NCBI GenBank assembly: GCA_026995045.1
Contig: JALWPK010000050.1
Location: 11,805 to 75,804 of the forward strand
Reading direction: 5' to 3'
DNA from: Gammaproteobacteria bacterium
Lineage (GTDB): Bacteria > Pseudomonadota > Gammaproteobacteria > SZUA-229
Length of the DNA stretch: 64,000 bases
Shown: piece after piece, positions 1-10,086 of the stretch
Numbering within the stretch: position 1 is the stretch's first letter
Layout of the letters: each line of letters begins with the position of its first letter
Notes under the pieces: model-generated
What the model saw: the letters and a program-made list of their open reading frames with translations, nothing else
The model's database searches: none
What the model was told of the DNA's origin: nothing
Made by a program: the position numbers and the translations under genes

Positions 1-587
1 AGTGCAATCATGCCCGTTTGAATCATGTTCTCACCGCCACTCGCCGCTTCGCGCCCGGCATAACCCAGCCAGGTATAAGCGAATGCGCCTGGCAGCATAA
101 ACAGCCAGGTTGCCCACAGGTATTGCAGAAACGGAATGCGCGTCAGCCCCAGCGCATAATTGAGCAGGTTAAACGGAAACAGCGGCACAAGTCGAACAAA
201 GGCGACAAAACGCCAGCCTTCCTGTTCCACGCCCTGCATCAGTTGTTTGACCTTGTCGCCGGATTTTTTCACCACCCAGTCTGAAGCCAGATAACGCGCT
301 ATCAGAAACGCCATCACTGCGCCAAGCGTTGCGCCGGTCAGGTTATACAGCGTTCCCCATAGCGGGCCAAACAATACACCGCCCGCCAGCGTGATAACCG
401 AGCCAGGCAAAAACAACACTGTAGCCACAGCATAAATCAGCACGAACAGCATCGGCGCAAACACACCGGCATCATCAATCCATGCTTGCAACCTGTTCAC
501 ATCAAACGCATCCCGGTACGCCACGGCAAACCCAATCGCCACAGCCAGCAACACCGCAAGCAATATTTTCAAACCGGCGCTATTCAT
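1..587 (-). CDS. TVP38/TMEM64 (DedA-related) family integral membrane protein, C-terminus cut by window edge
   Basis: Not in the ORF track because it is open at the window edge. My own minus-strand translation from the ATG at 585-587 gives MNSAGLKILLAVLLAVAIGFAVAYRD...VLFLPGSVITLAGGVLFGPLWGTLYNLTGATLGAVMAFLIARYL...FVRLVPLFPFNLLNYALGLT. The motifs and multi-TM pattern are typical of this family. Confidence 0.75.
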   Translation of the reverse strand, partial: MNSAGLKILLAVLLAVAIGFAVAYRDAFDVNRLQAWIDDAGVFAPMLFVLIYAVATVLFLPGSVITLAGGVLFGPLWGTLYNLTGATLGAVMAFLIARYLASDWVVKKSGDKVKQLMQGVEQEGWRFVAFVRLVPLFPFNLLNYALGLTRIPFLQYLWATWLFMLPGAFAYTWLGYAGREAASGGENMIQTGMIA

Positions 588-600
588 TATTCACTTTTCA

Positions 601-1518
601 CTATTCATCACCCTTGTTCCAGCTTCGCCGGTTAATCGCATAATCGCTGATCTTGCCCACAAAAGGCAGCCACAACATGCCCGGCAACCAGCTCACCTGT
701 TTCGGCTCATGATATTTGTGAATACCGATTTGCATATTCTCGTGCCCGGCGCGCGGTTGCTCACGGTAGGTGCCAAACAATCGATCCCACCACGGCAGAT
801 TGAAGCCGAAATTGCTGTTGGCTTCATCATCTTCAACAGAATGATGCACACGATGCATATCAGGTGTGACAACAATCAAACGTAAAAATTTATCAATCAC
901 CGGATTCAATCGCACATTACTGTGATTGAACATGGCGGTGGCGTTAAGCAAAATCTCGAACACGATAACCGCCAGCAGCGGCGGCCCCAGCACGGCAATG
1001 GTGGCAAACTTGATTATCATTGAGAGCAAGATTTCAATCGGGTGAAAACGCGCGCCGGTGGTCACATCAAAATCCGGGTCGGCATGATGCACCCGGTGCA
1101 AGCGCCACAATGCCGGCACCGCATGCACCATCACATGCTGCAGGTAAATCACCATATCCATCAGCACAATGGATAGCAGTACTGCCAGTCCGAACGGTAG
1201 GCTGTAATAATTCAGCAAGCCCCAGCCCTGCTCGCTGGCAAACGCCGCCATGCCGACCGCCGCGGCGGGGAAAATCAGCCGCAGGATAACACTGTTGAGA
1301 AACACCAGCGCCAGATTATTCACCCAACGAACGGTTTTGGAAACGGTTAGCTCGCGCCGCGGCGCAATCACTTCCCACAACCCCATCAACGCCAGCATGC
1401 CAAAGAAAAAACCCGTGCGAATGGTTTTTTCATGCTGCGTGACAAACTCATTGATCAGCTGCGGGGTGATATCCATTGGCGGTTCCTGTGATGCGCAAGG
1501 CAGGGCGGCGGCTGGCAT
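601..1518 (-). CDS. membrane fatty-acid hydroxylase / sterol desaturase superfamily protein
   Basis: 305-aa ORF encoding a multi-TM protein with His boxes LQHVMVH, HRVHHAD and DMHRVHHS. The true start may be the internal ATG at 1476 (MDITPQ...). Confidence 0.8.
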   Translation of the reverse strand: MPAAALPCASQEPPMDITPQLINEFVTQHEKTIRTGFFFGMLALMGLWEVIAPRRELTVSKTVRWVNNLALVFLNSVILRLIFPAAAVGMAAFASEQGWGLLNYYSLPFGLAVLLSIVLMDMVIYLQHVMVHAVPALWRLHRVHHADPDFDVTTGARFHPIEILLSMIIKFATIAVLGPPLLAVIVFEILLNATAMFNHSNVRLNPVIDKFLRLIVVTPDMHRVHHSVEDDEANSNFGFNLPWWDRLFGTYREQPRAGHENMQIGIHKYHEPKQVSWLPGMLWLPFVGKISDYAINRRSWNKGDE

Positions 1519-1599
1519 ATTGTGCGCCTGTTCTGCTATGATTGTCTCTATAAATATTCAATTGATTACTTGAATAATATTCTAGACCTCACCAGCAAT

Positions 1600-2274
1600 A
1601 TGTCAACAAGCACATTAAAACACGACCTGTTCAGCCAACTGGCCCGCATCGGCAAGACGCTGAGCAACGCCAACCGGCTGGAAATACTGGAATTTCTCGC
1701 CCAGGGTGAGCGCAGTGTGGAGCAACTCAGCCAGCTTGTCGGACTCAGCGTGGCCAACACCTCCCAGCACCTGCAGCAGCTCCGCCACACCGGGCTGGTG
1801 CTTTGCCGCAAGCAGGGGCTGAAGGTGTTTTACCGGCTGAGCGGTGATGATGTGGTGGACTTGCTCGGCGCGGTGCGGCATTCCGCCGAACGCCATCTGG
1901 CCGAGGTGAATCAGCTGGTCGACACCTATCTCACAGTCATGGATGAACTCGAACCGCTGCCGCGAGAGGAACTGCTGGCGCGGGCGCGTGAAGGCCTGGT
2001 GACGGTCATTGATGTGCGACCACCCGAAGAATACGCCGCCGGCCATGTGCCCGGTGCAATCAATATCCCGCTCAACGAGCTGGAACAACGGCTGAATGAA
2101 CTGGCGGCAAACCAGGAGATCGTCGCCTACTGCCGTGGCCCGCATTGCGTGCTGGCCTTTGATGCGGTGGCGCGCCTGCGCGTGCAGGGTTATCAGGCAA
2201 GACGCTTGCAGGACGGCTATCCGGAATGGAAAAGCGCAGGCTTGCCGGTGGAACAAGCCACGCCGGCAAGCTAA
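1600..2274 (+). CDS. ArsR/SmtB-family transcriptional regulator fused to a rhodanese domain
   Basis: ORF 1522..2274 trimmed to the ATG at 1600 (MSTSTLKH). The N-terminus has a wHTH (NRLEILEFLAQGERSVEQLSQLVGLSVANTSQHLQQLRHTGLV). The C-terminus is rhodanese-like (VIDVRPPEEYAAGHVPGAINIP, active-site loop AYCRGPHC). Confidence 0.8.
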   Translation: MSTSTLKHDLFSQLARIGKTLSNANRLEILEFLAQGERSVEQLSQLVGLSVANTSQHLQQLRHTGLVLCRKQGLKVFYRLSGDDVVDLLGAVRHSAERHLAEVNQLVDTYLTVMDELEPLPREELLARAREGLVTVIDVRPPEEYAAGHVPGAINIPLNELEQRLNELAANQEIVAYCRGPHCVLAFDAVARLRVQGYQARRLQDGYPEWKSAGLPVEQATPAS

Positions 2275-2344
2275 ACTTCAGGGAAACCACCCCGCTGTTA
2301 CAGCAACGCAACCCATAACAACAATAACAAACAGGTTTCTCACC

Positions 2345-3475
2345 ATGCGAACTTTAACCCCCTCCTCCTTGCTCACGGTTACTGCCGTCTGTCTGGCCTC
2401 AACCGCTTTTGCCGACGGCTATAAAATTTCTGACGGCGACAAATACATCAAGCTTGGCGCGCGTATTCAGCTGCAATACAAAATGGATGATGATGGCGCC
2501 AGCACCAGCGATGATATTTTCTTCCGCCGCTTACGCGCCCGCATCGAAGGCAGCGCGCATAAAAGCTGGAAAGGCAAAATGGAATGGGAAATCGGCAAGG
2601 CCAAGGGTGACAATGAATTGTCCGTAAAAGAAAGCTGGATGCAATACAGCGTTTCCAAAACCTTCAAATTGCGAATCGGCAACTCCAGCTTTCCGTTCTC
2701 ACGCGAATTCATGACACCGTTCGCCAAACAGCAGATGGTGGAGCGCACTTTCGTGGGCGACCTCAACTACGGCACGCCGGATAAAAACACGGGGCTGCAC
2801 TTTTATGGCAACAATGCGGATAAAAGCATCACCTGGCGCGCTTCCAGCGTGATTGCGTTGATGGAACCGAATGATAAAAAACTGCGCTTCGGCGCGCCGG
2901 TCAACAAACCCGCCAATTACAACGAAGGTTTTATGATTGGCGGTCGCGTTGACTATCACCCACTGGGTTATCTGCCGTTTTCACAGGGCGACTTTTCCGG
3001 CAAAACCCGCGCCACCATCGGCGTCGCCGCCTACAGCTGGCGTAATGATAACGACAGCCTGGTAAATGCCGCTACAGGCGAAGCTGATATTGATGCGGTC
3101 ACCGCGTTTGAAATCAGCGGCGCCTACCGCGGCGCAGGCATTTCCGTCGACTGGCAATACAACAGCTTTGACGCTGAAACAGTACAAGCCGGCGTGAGCA
3201 ATGGCATCTACCGCAATGGCAAGACCACGCTGACCAATGCAGCCATCGAAGGCGGTTACATGATTGACGACAAAATTGAACTGGTCGCAGCCGTACAGGT
3301 GCAGGATGCCGACGGCTATGCCACACAATGGAAACGCACATCCATCGGCGCCAACTGGTTTATCAATAACATCGACACCAAGATTGCGTTGACATGGCGG
3401 CAGGGTAAAAACCTGGATGGGGTTGCAAACAAGGACAAGGACGAATTATTCCTGCAGGCGCAGTTTCGCATCTGA
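2345..3475 (+). CDS. outer-membrane anion porin, phosphate-selective porin O/P-like
   Basis: ORF 2096..3475 trimmed to the ATG at 2345, which gives the signal peptide MRTLTPSSLLTVTAVCLASTAFA. It has the FFRRLRARIEG motif, an alternating beta-strand pattern and an aromatic C-terminal end (LQAQFRI). Confidence 0.7.
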   Translation: MRTLTPSSLLTVTAVCLASTAFADGYKISDGDKYIKLGARIQLQYKMDDDGASTSDDIFFRRLRARIEGSAHKSWKGKMEWEIGKAKGDNELSVKESWMQYSVSKTFKLRIGNSSFPFSREFMTPFAKQQMVERTFVGDLNYGTPDKNTGLHFYGNNADKSITWRASSVIALMEPNDKKLRFGAPVNKPANYNEGFMIGGRVDYHPLGYLPFSQGDFSGKTRATIGVAAYSWRNDNDSLVNAATGEADIDAVTAFEISGAYRGAGISVDWQYNSFDAETVQAGVSNGIYRNGKTTLTNAAIEGGYMIDDKIELVAAVQVQDADGYATQWKRTSIGANWFINNIDTKIALTWRQGKNLDGVANKDKDELFLQAQFRI

Positions 3476-3493
3476 GCAAACATGATTGTTTAA

Positions 3494-3643
3494 TGTAGGA
3501 ACGCAGAGAACTTTTGTTTTACGCATGCTTTATGCAAATGCGCGACAATTAACGCAATGGAGTATGCTGTGTCATTTCGACCGCAGGGTGATTTGCACAG
3601 TGCGTGTTCGTGGCTGAAGCCACTCCTACAATAAACTCTGCGC
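3494..3643. repeat. REP-like palindromic repeat cluster downstream of trpC
   Basis: Intergenic. Inverted pairs are TGTAGGA (3494-3500) / TCCTACA (3624-3630) and CGCAGAG (3502-3508) / CTCTGCG (3636-3642). It also contains TTCGTGGCTGAAGCCACTCCTACA (3607-3630), a palindromic unit type I recall from other proteobacterial genomes. Confidence 0.4.
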
Positions 3644-3671
3644 ATCTGAGTTAAAAAATCAATCTTTGCGG

Positions 3672-4472
3672 CTACCCAAACAGTTCGGCCAGTTTTTCGC
3701 CGGGCTCTTCAGCGCGCATGAAGGCTTCGCCGACCAGGAAGGCGTGCACCTGGTTGTCACGCATCCGTTTGACATCCGCCGGGGTGTGAATGCCGGACTC
3801 GGTGACCAAGATGCGGTCATCGGGAACCATGTCGAGCATGCCCAGCGTGGTGTCCAGGGTGGTGTCGAAGGTTCTGAGATTGCGGTTGTTGATGCCGATG
3901 AGGCGCGCATCAGTATTGAGCGCGCGTTGCATTTCCTCGCGGTCGTGCACTTCCATCAGCACATCCATGCCCAGTTTGTGCGCCTGCGCCAGCAGGCTTT
4001 GCAGGGTTTCGTCGTCCAGCGCGGCGACGATTAACAAAATACAATCGGCGTTGATGGCGCGGGCTTCCACCACCTGGTAAGGGTCGATGATGAAATCCTT
4101 GCGAATCACCGGCAACGCGCAGGCGGCGCGCGCCTGCTGCAAATATTCCTCGCTGCCCTGAAAATAATCCGCGTCGGTCAGCACTGACAGGCAGGCGGCG
4201 CCATGGCTGGCATAGCTTCTGGCGATGTCCGCAGGCGCAAAGTTTTCGCGCAGCAGGCCCTTGCTGGGCGAGGCCTTTTTGATTTCGGCAATCACTGCGG
4301 CATCGCCCTGCGCGATTTTGTTTTCAATGGCGGCTACAAATCCGCGCGGCGCATCGGCATCCTGCGCCTGTGCGGTCAATTCTTCCAGCGGCAATTTTGC
4401 TGAACGCCCGGCAATTTCTTCACGCTTGCGTTGCAGGATTTTTTGCAGGATGTCCGGGGCGGCGCTGCTCAT
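3672..4472 (-). CDS. trpC: indole-3-glycerol phosphate synthase
   Basis: 266 aa with [22 protein letters not shown] and [11 protein letters not shown] motifs. It is the last gene of the trpGDC block. Confidence 0.95.
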   Translation of the reverse strand: MSSAAPDILQKILQRKREEIAGRSAKLPLEELTAQAQDADAPRGFVAAIENKIAQGDAAVIAEIKKASPSKGLLRENFAPADIARSYASHGAACLSVLTDADYFQGSEEYLQQARAACALPVIRKDFIIDPYQVVEARAINADCILLIVAALDDETLQSLLAQAHKLGMDVLMEVHDREEMQRALNTDARLIGINNRNLRTFDTTLDTTLGMLDMVPDDRILVTESGIHTPADVKRMRDNQVHAFLVGEAFMRAEEPGEKLAELFG

Positions 4473-4473
4473 G

Positions 4474-5499
4474 TCATGCGGCTCGGTACGATGTGGTTTT
4501 CACCACCAGTTGATTGAGTTTTTGCGCCGCCTCGCCGCTGGCGATGACAGAACCGGCCCGGTCGATGCCGGACTGCAGGCTGTCGGCCAGACCGGCGACA
4601 TAAATGGCGGCGCCGGCATTGAGGCAGACAATATCTTTGGCCGGCCCCGGCTGGTTGTCGAACACGCCCTTGATGATGCGCAAACTGTCGCTGGCGTCTT
4701 CGGCGCGAATCGCGTCCAGCGAGGCGCGCTCAAAACCAAAGTCTTCCGGGCTGATGGTATAGCTGCTCACCTTGCCATCTTTTAATTCGGCGACAAAGGT
4801 CGGCGAGGCGATGCTGATTTCATCCATGCCGTCGTCGGCGTGCGCCACCATCACATGCTCGCTGCCGAGGCGTTGTAGCACTTCGGCCAGCGGCTCGACC
4901 CAGTCCTTGCTGAACACGCCCAGCACCTGATTGGGCGCGGACGCCGGGTTGGTCAGCGGCCCCAGCACATTGAAAATGGTGCGCACCCCCATTTCGCGGC
5001 GCGGGCCGATGGCGTGCTTCATCGCGCTGTGGTGCATCGGCGCAAACATGAAGCCGACGCCGATTTCATTGACGCATTCGGCGACCTGCTCAGGCGTCAG
5101 TTCCAGGTTCACCCCCGCCGCTTCCAGCACATCGGCGCTGCCGGATTTGCTGGAAATGGAGCGGTTGCCGTGCTTGGCGACGCGCCCGCCGGCGGCAGCC
5201 ACCACGATGGCGCTGGCGGTGGAAATGTTGAAACTGCCGGAAGCATCGCCGCCGGTGCCGCAGGTATCGACCAGATTGTCACGCGTCACCTCGACTTTGG
5301 TCGCCAGTTCGCGCATCACGCCAGCAGCGGCGGCCACCTCGTCGACGGTTTCGCCCTTCATGCGAAGGCCAATCAGAAAACCGCCAACCTGCGCCGGTGT
5401 CGCCTCGCCGGTCATAATCAGACGCATGACATCCGTCATCTCATCTGCCGACAGGTTCTGTTTTTCGGTTACCGCCTTGATGGCTGTTTGCATGTCCAT
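4474..5499 (-). CDS. trpD: anthranilate phosphoribosyltransferase
   Basis: 341 aa with the [15 protein letters not shown] motif. There is a 1-nt gap to trpC. Confidence 0.95.
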   Translation of the reverse strand: MDMQTAIKAVTEKQNLSADEMTDVMRLIMTGEATPAQVGGFLIGLRMKGETVDEVAAAAGVMRELATKVEVTRDNLVDTCGTGGDASGSFNISTASAIVVAAAGGRVAKHGNRSISSKSGSADVLEAAGVNLELTPEQVAECVNEIGVGFMFAPMHHSAMKHAIGPRREMGVRTIFNVLGPLTNPASAPNQVLGVFSKDWVEPLAEVLQRLGSEHVMVAHADDGMDEISIASPTFVAELKDGKVSSYTISPEDFGFERASLDAIRAEDASDSLRIIKGVFDNQPGPAKDIVCLNAGAAIYVAGLADSLQSGIDRAGSVIASGEAAQKLNQLVVKTTSYRAA

Positions 5500-5600
5500 A
5501 GGTCACCTTCTGGTTTATAAGTTGGAACCACAAGCGAGTCTTTGCAGAGTGCGTTTTATATGCCACCGGGATTGCTTCGCTGCGCTCGCAATGACTGTTA

Positions 5601-6179
5601 TTACCTGTTCAAAAAGTTTTTCAGTAAATCGTGGCCGTGCTCGGTCAGAATCGATTCCGGGTGGAACTGCACGCCTTCGATATCATACTCCTTATGTCGC
5701 ACGCCCATGATTTCATCCAGGCTGCCGTCTGCGTTTTCGGTCCAGGCGGTTATCTCCAGACAGTCGGGCAGCGTTTCCTTTTCAATCACCAGCGAGTGGT
5801 AGCGCGTGGCGGTGTAGGGATTGCTCAAACCGCTGAACACATGCTCACCCTTGTGATGAATCTGCGAGGTTTTGCCGTGCATGATTTCACGCGCGTGCAC
5901 AATGTTGCCGCCGAACACTTGGCCAATGCTCTGATGCCCCAGACACACGCCGAGTATCGGCAATTTACCGGCAAAGCGTTTAATCGCATCCATTGACACC
6001 CCCGCCTGATCCGGCGTGCATGGCCCCGGTGAAATCATGATGCGCTCGGGTTGCAGCGCGGCTATTTCCTCAACCGTGATTTCGTCGTTGCGATGCACCT
6101 GCACATCCGCGCCCAGCTCACCCAGGTATTGCACCAGGTTGTAGGTAAAGGAATCGTAATTGTCGATCATCAATAGCAT
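5601..6179 (-). CDS. trpG: anthranilate synthase component II (glutamine amidotransferase)
   Basis: ORF trimmed to the ATG at 6179 ([19 protein letters not shown]). It has the catalytic GVCLGHQS motif and a C-terminal HPES. Confidence 0.93.
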   Translation of the reverse strand: MLLMIDNYDSFTYNLVQYLGELGADVQVHRNDEITVEEIAALQPERIMISPGPCTPDQAGVSMDAIKRFAGKLPILGVCLGHQSIGQVFGGNIVHAREIMHGKTSQIHHKGEHVFSGLSNPYTATRYHSLVIEKETLPDCLEITAWTENADGSLDEIMGVRHKEYDIEGVQFHPESILTEHGHDLLKNFLNR

Positions 6180-6196
6180 TGGAAACCCTGGGTTTA

Positions 6197-6349
6197 CCAC
6201 AGAGACACAGAGGCGCGGAGATTATAGATTGCTGACTCGTCTGGAAATGCCATGCTTACATGCGCCTCATTAAAGTTAATCACAAACCTGCTTTCGGTCC
6301 ACTGAGCCGCATAAATAAAAATCACCTCTGCGCCTCCGCGCCTCTGTGG
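6197..6349. repeat. MITE/REP-like element with terminal inverted repeats between trpE and trpG
   Basis: The left end is CCACAGAGACACAGAGGCGCGGAG (6197-6220). The right end is CTCCGCGCCTCTGTGG (6334-6349). These form a ~16-bp inverted repeat, with an internal CACAGAG duplication on the left. The element is non-coding and has no convincing ORF. Confidence 0.5.
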
Positions 6350-6357
6350 TAAAAAAA

Positions 6358-7872
6358 TCAACCCAACCCCGCCTCCGCCCTGGCCACTGCGCGGAAGATG
6401 GCGCGCGCCTTGTTCATGGTTTCGGCCCATTCGTTTTCGGGGATGGAATCATACACAATCCCGGCGCCGGCCTGTATCGACAGTTGCTGGTCTTTTATCA
6501 CCGCGGTGCGAATGGCGATGGCGGTGTCCATGTTGCCGTTCCACGACAGATAACCGACCGCGCCGGAATAAATGCCGCGCTTGACCGGTTCGAGTTCGTT
6601 GATGATTTCCATGGCGCGGATTTTGGGCGCGCCGGAGACCGTGCCTGCCGGGAAGGTGGCGCGCAGCACATCCATCGCGCTCATGCCCGGCTTGAGTTTG
6701 CCGGTGACGTTGGAAACGATGTGCATGACATGCGAGTAACGCTCGACAATCATTTTGTCGGTGAGTTGCACGCTGCCGGTTTCACTGACACGGCCGGCGT
6801 CGTTGCGGCCCAGGTCGATTAACATCAGATGCTCGGCCAACTCCTTGGGGTCGGCCAGCAGTTCCTGTTCCAGCGCAAGGTCTTCGGCTTCATCCTTGCC
6901 ACGCGGCCGGGTGCCGGCGATTGGCCGCACGGTGACGGTTCCGTCTTCCAGCCGTACCAGAATTTCCGGCGAAGAACCCACCACATGATGATCGCCCAAA
7001 TCGAGATAATACATATAGGGTGACGGGTTGAGGCTGCGCAGCGCGCGGTACAGCTCCAGCGGCCTGGCATGGAACGGTATGGTGAGGCGTTGCGACAACA
7101 CCACCTGCATGATATCGCCGTCGATGATGTATTCGCGCGCACGGCTGACCGCATCCTTGTAGCCCTGCTCGGTAAAACCGGAAACAAAATCGTTTTCATC
7201 GATTGCGTGCGGCGGATGCGTGGGCGTGGGCGGCGTTTTTTCACGCAGGGCGGTTTCGATTTGCTGCAGCCGGTGCTCGCCGTGTTGCAGGGCGTCGCTC
7301 TGGTTCGGATCAACCAGCACGATGATGTACAGCTTGCCCGACAAATTGTCGAACACCACCACTTCTTCCGACAACATCAACAGAATATCGGGCGTGGCCA
7401 GCGGGTCGGGTTTGTTTGCCGCTTCAATCTGTTTGCCCAACCGGGGTTCAATATAGGCGATGGTTTCGTAGCCGAAATAACCCACCAGTCCGCCGGTGAA
7501 GCGCGGCAGGCCTTCACGTTCGCAAACAGCAAACTTCGCCTGGTAATCGCTTATCCATTGCAGCGGGTCATCGGCGCGCAGCGTTTCGATGACCACATTG
7601 TTTTCACGGATGCTAATATCGTGACCGCTGATTTTGATTACTGTTTTGCACGGCAGGCCGATGATGGAATAGCGCCCCCATTTTTCACCGCCCTGCACCG
7701 ATTCAAACAGATAACTGTAGGGCGCATTGGCGAGCTTGAGATAGGTGCTCAGCGGGGTGTCGAGATCGGCCAGCACCTCGCGCACCAGCGGGATGCGATT
7801 GCAGGAGCTGTTCTGGTTGGCCTCAAAAAATTGCCGGTTGGCCAGGGTTTGGTTAGCAGTATGGGCAGACAT
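6358..7872 (-). CDS. trpE: anthranilate synthase component I
   Basis: 504 aa with [19 protein letters not shown] and [21 protein letters not shown] motifs. Confidence 0.95.
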   Translation of the reverse strand: MSAHTANQTLANRQFFEANQNSSCNRIPLVREVLADLDTPLSTYLKLANAPYSYLFESVQGGEKWGRYSIIGLPCKTVIKISGHDISIRENNVVIETLRADDPLQWISDYQAKFAVCEREGLPRFTGGLVGYFGYETIAYIEPRLGKQIEAANKPDPLATPDILLMLSEEVVVFDNLSGKLYIIVLVDPNQSDALQHGEHRLQQIETALREKTPPTPTHPPHAIDENDFVSGFTEQGYKDAVSRAREYIIDGDIMQVVLSQRLTIPFHARPLELYRALRSLNPSPYMYYLDLGDHHVVGSSPEILVRLEDGTVTVRPIAGTRPRGKDEAEDLALEQELLADPKELAEHLMLIDLGRNDAGRVSETGSVQLTDKMIVERYSHVMHIVSNVTGKLKPGMSAMDVLRATFPAGTVSGAPKIRAMEIINELEPVKRGIYSGAVGYLSWNGNMDTAIAIRTAVIKDQQLSIQAGAGIVYDSIPENEWAETMNKARAIFRAVARAEAGLG

Positions 7873-7896
7873 AAAATTTCCGGAACATGGCGAATC

Positions 7897-7974
7897 AAAA
7901 ACAAACGGGCTGATAACGATGACTTACCATCGCCATGAATGACCGCTTGCCTTGTGTTGTTCCGAAAACATCAT
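7897..7974 (-). promoter_or_regulatory. trpL: trp leader peptide ORF (16 codons, two Trp) plus attenuator/terminator hairpin
   Basis: Minus strand 7974->7924 reads ATG ATG TTT TCG GAA CAA CAC AAG GCA AGC GGT CAT TCA TGG CGA TGG TAA, which translates to MMFSEQHKASGHSWRW*. A bipartite hairpin follows: outer stem CAAGCGG (7949-7943) / CCGTTTG (7908-7902), inner stem ATGGCGATG (7936-7928) / CATCGTTAT (7921-7913). After it comes TTTTT (7901-7897), 22 nt before the trpE ATG. Confidence 0.65.
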
Positions 7975-7980
7975 GTGGGG

Positions 7981-8010
7981 ATATTAGACCAGTTATTGCA
8001 CGGGGTTCAA
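7981..8010 (-). promoter_or_regulatory. candidate sigma70 promoter of the trp leader/trpE
   Basis: The minus strand reads TTGAAC (8010-8005), an 18-nt spacer, then TAATAT (7986-7981). The -10 element lies 6 nt upstream of the leader ATG region. Confidence 0.4.
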
Positions 8011-8017
8011 GGCGAAA

Positions 8018-8692
8018 TCAGTTCCACGCGACAATATCTTTCACTTCCGCCATGGAATCGACTACTGCGTCCGGATGATAATCGCGGATGTCCTCGCCGT
8101 GGTTGTAACCGTAGGACATGCAGATAATGGCGAAACCGGCGGCGCGCGCGGCTTTGACATCACTCATTGAATCGCCCAGCATCAGGGAGTTTTCCGGCGC
8201 GACACCCAGCTGCTGCGCCACCTGCAACAATGGCATCGGGTCGGGTTTTTTCTTTGCCACCATGTCGCCACAGAGCACAGTTTCGAAATAGCCGCGTATA
8301 CCCAGGTCTTCGAGAATCGGCAGGGTGAAGTGGCTGGCCTTGTTGGTGACGCAGCCGATTTTGACGCCGGTGGTTTTCAGAAACTCCAGCGCCTCGGGCA
8401 CGCCATCGTACAGGCAACTGCGTTTCGAGGTGTTTTCGCTGTACAGCTCGCGAAATACCGGCAGCGCCTTTTCATACAGCGCCGCGTCCGGCTCGCCGTT
8501 GAGGTCGTTAATCAATGCGCGCTTGACCAGCCGCTCGACGCCATTGCCCACCCAGTGGCGCACGCGCTCCTCGCCGCGCACCGGCATGCCGAGCTGTTTC
8601 AGCATTTCATCAACGCAATAAGCGAGATCAGGCACGCTGTCGACCAGGGTGCCGTCGACATCAATCAAAACCATTTCAGGACGTTGCAGCAT
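8018..8692 (-). CDS. gph: phosphoglycolate phosphatase (HAD superfamily)
   Basis: ORF trimmed to the ATG at 8692 (MLQRPEMVLIDVDGTLVDS, HAD motif I). It is adjacent to rpe, as in many Gammaproteobacteria. Confidence 0.9.
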   Translation of the reverse strand: MLQRPEMVLIDVDGTLVDSVPDLAYCVDEMLKQLGMPVRGEERVRHWVGNGVERLVKRALINDLNGEPDAALYEKALPVFRELYSENTSKRSCLYDGVPEALEFLKTTGVKIGCVTNKASHFTLPILEDLGIRGYFETVLCGDMVAKKKPDPMPLLQVAQQLGVAPENSLMLGDSMSDVKAARAAGFAIICMSYGYNHGEDIRDYHPDAVVDSMAEVKDIVAWN

Positions 8693-8779
8693 GAGGATTC
8701 GCTTAAACAGGCGGGCTAGAAACAAACGGCGCAAACGGGCGAAAAAAACCCGCCCATCTGCGCCATTTCAGGCGTGCTC

Positions 8780-9475
8780 TTATACTTTTGCTTTGGCCAG
8801 CTCGTCGCGCATGGCGGCGACCACGGTTTCGTAGCGATGCGCGTCGCTGTCGCTGGCGGCGCCGAATATGGCGGAGCCGGCGACAAAGGTGTCGGCGCCG
8901 GCTTCGGCGATTTCGCGGATGTTGTCCACTTTCACGCCGCCGTCAATTTCGAGGCGGATGTCGAGACCGGAATCGTCGATAATCTTGCGCGCTTGGCGCA
9001 GCTTGTCCAGCGTCGCCGGAATGAATGACTGGCCGCCAAAACCGGGGTTGACGGACATCAGCAGCACCATGTCGACCTTGTCGAGCACATAGTCGAGGTA
9101 GCTCAGCGGCGTCGCCGGGTTGAACACCAGTCCGGATTTGCAGCCTTCGTTGCGAATCAGTTGCAGGCTGCGGTCGATGTGCTCGGAGGCTTCCGGGTGG
9201 AAGGTAATGTAGGTGGCGCCGGCCCTGGCGAAATCCGGAATAATTCGATCCACCGGCTTCACCATCAAATGCACGTCAATCGGCGCGGTGACGCCGTGAT
9301 TACGCAGCGCTTCGCACACCAGCGGGCCGATGGTCAGATTGGGCACGTAATGGTTGTCCATCACGTCGAAATGCACGATGTCGGCGCCGGCTGCCAGCAC
9401 GTTATCGACTTCTTCACCGAGTTTGGCGAAATCGGCGGACAGAATGGAAGGAGCAATCTGAAAATCAGCAGCCAT
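8780..9475 (-). CDS. rpe: ribulose-phosphate 3-epimerase
   Basis: ORF trimmed to the ATG at 9475 ([16 protein letters not shown]). It has [12 protein letters not shown] and [10 protein letters not shown] motifs. Confidence 0.95.
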   Translation of the reverse strand: MAADFQIAPSILSADFAKLGEEVDNVLAAGADIVHFDVMDNHYVPNLTIGPLVCEALRNHGVTAPIDVHLMVKPVDRIIPDFARAGATYITFHPEASEHIDRSLQLIRNEGCKSGLVFNPATPLSYLDYVLDKVDMVLLMSVNPGFGGQSFIPATLDKLRQARKIIDDSGLDIRLEIDGGVKVDNIREIAEAGADTFVAGSAIFGAASDSDAHRYETVVAAMRDELAKAKV

Positions 9476-9624
9476 GGTAATTCCTCGTAGTTGGGCGGCA
9501 GTGACGCCGTGGCGTCGCCTGCGCTTATCGTAAAAAGGCGCGCATTTTACCTCAAACCCCGAATTTTTGCCCATGCAGGCGCAAACGGCTATGATGCAGG
9601 CAGATTTCTGACAGGAGACACTAC

Positions 9625-10086
9625 ATGGCTTACGCTATCGCGCTTCACATTCTTTCCGCCGTGATCTGGGTCGGCGGCATGTTTTTCGCCTACATGGCGC
9701 TGCGCCCGGCGGCTGCAGAAACACTGGAGCCGCCACCGCGGCTGAAACTGTGGCTGGCCACGTTCAAACGCTTTTTCCTGTGGGTCTGGCTGGCGGTGAT
9801 CACCCTGCTCGCTACCGGTTACTGGATGGTGTTCAGGGTTTTCGGCGGCTTCGACCAGGCCGGGCTGCACGTTGGCGTCATGCACATCGCCGGCATCATC
9901 ATGGTGCTGATATACATGCATGTATTTTTTGCGCCTTACCGGCGTATGCGGCAGGCGGTCAATGCAGGCGATTTTCCCGCCGCAGGTAACAAATTGTCAC
10001 AAATTCGCACCCTGGTGGGGGTGAACTTGTTGATTGGGCTGGGCGTCATAACTGTGGCCAGCGCAGGCAGGTATCTTGCCCTGTAG
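9625..10086 (+). CDS. CopD-like 4-TM membrane protein (function unknown)
   Basis: 153 aa with four hydrophobic segments. The N-terminus [23 protein letters not shown] resembles CopD-family/DUF-type membrane proteins. The family assignment is from memory only. Confidence 0.5.
   Translation: MAYAIALHILSAVIWVGGMFFAYMALRPAAAETLEPPPRLKLWLATFKRFFLWVWLAVITLLATGYWMVFRVFGGFDQAGLHVGVMHIAGIIMVLIYMHVFFAPYRRMRQAVNAGDFPAAGNKLSQIRTLVGVNLLIGLGVITVASAGRYLAL

Noticed and set aside
2096-2344. The N-terminal extension of the porin ORF, which overlaps the end of the ArsR-rhodanese gene.
   Set aside because: The translation is Arg/Cys/Ala-rich. A proper signal peptide starts at the ATG at 2345.
7069-7938. Long ORFs antisense to well-supported genes. 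Examples are 7069..7938(+), 13334..14071(-), 23161..23958(-), 32237..33352(+), 39903..40793(-), 43025..43903(-), 45792..46535(+), 50199..51236(+) and 55027..55959(+).
   Set aside because: Each lies fully inside a gene on the other strand that has strong family motifs. Their translations are Arg/Ala/Gly/Pro-rich low-complexity sequence with no motifs, which is typical of shadow ORFs in GC-rich DNA.
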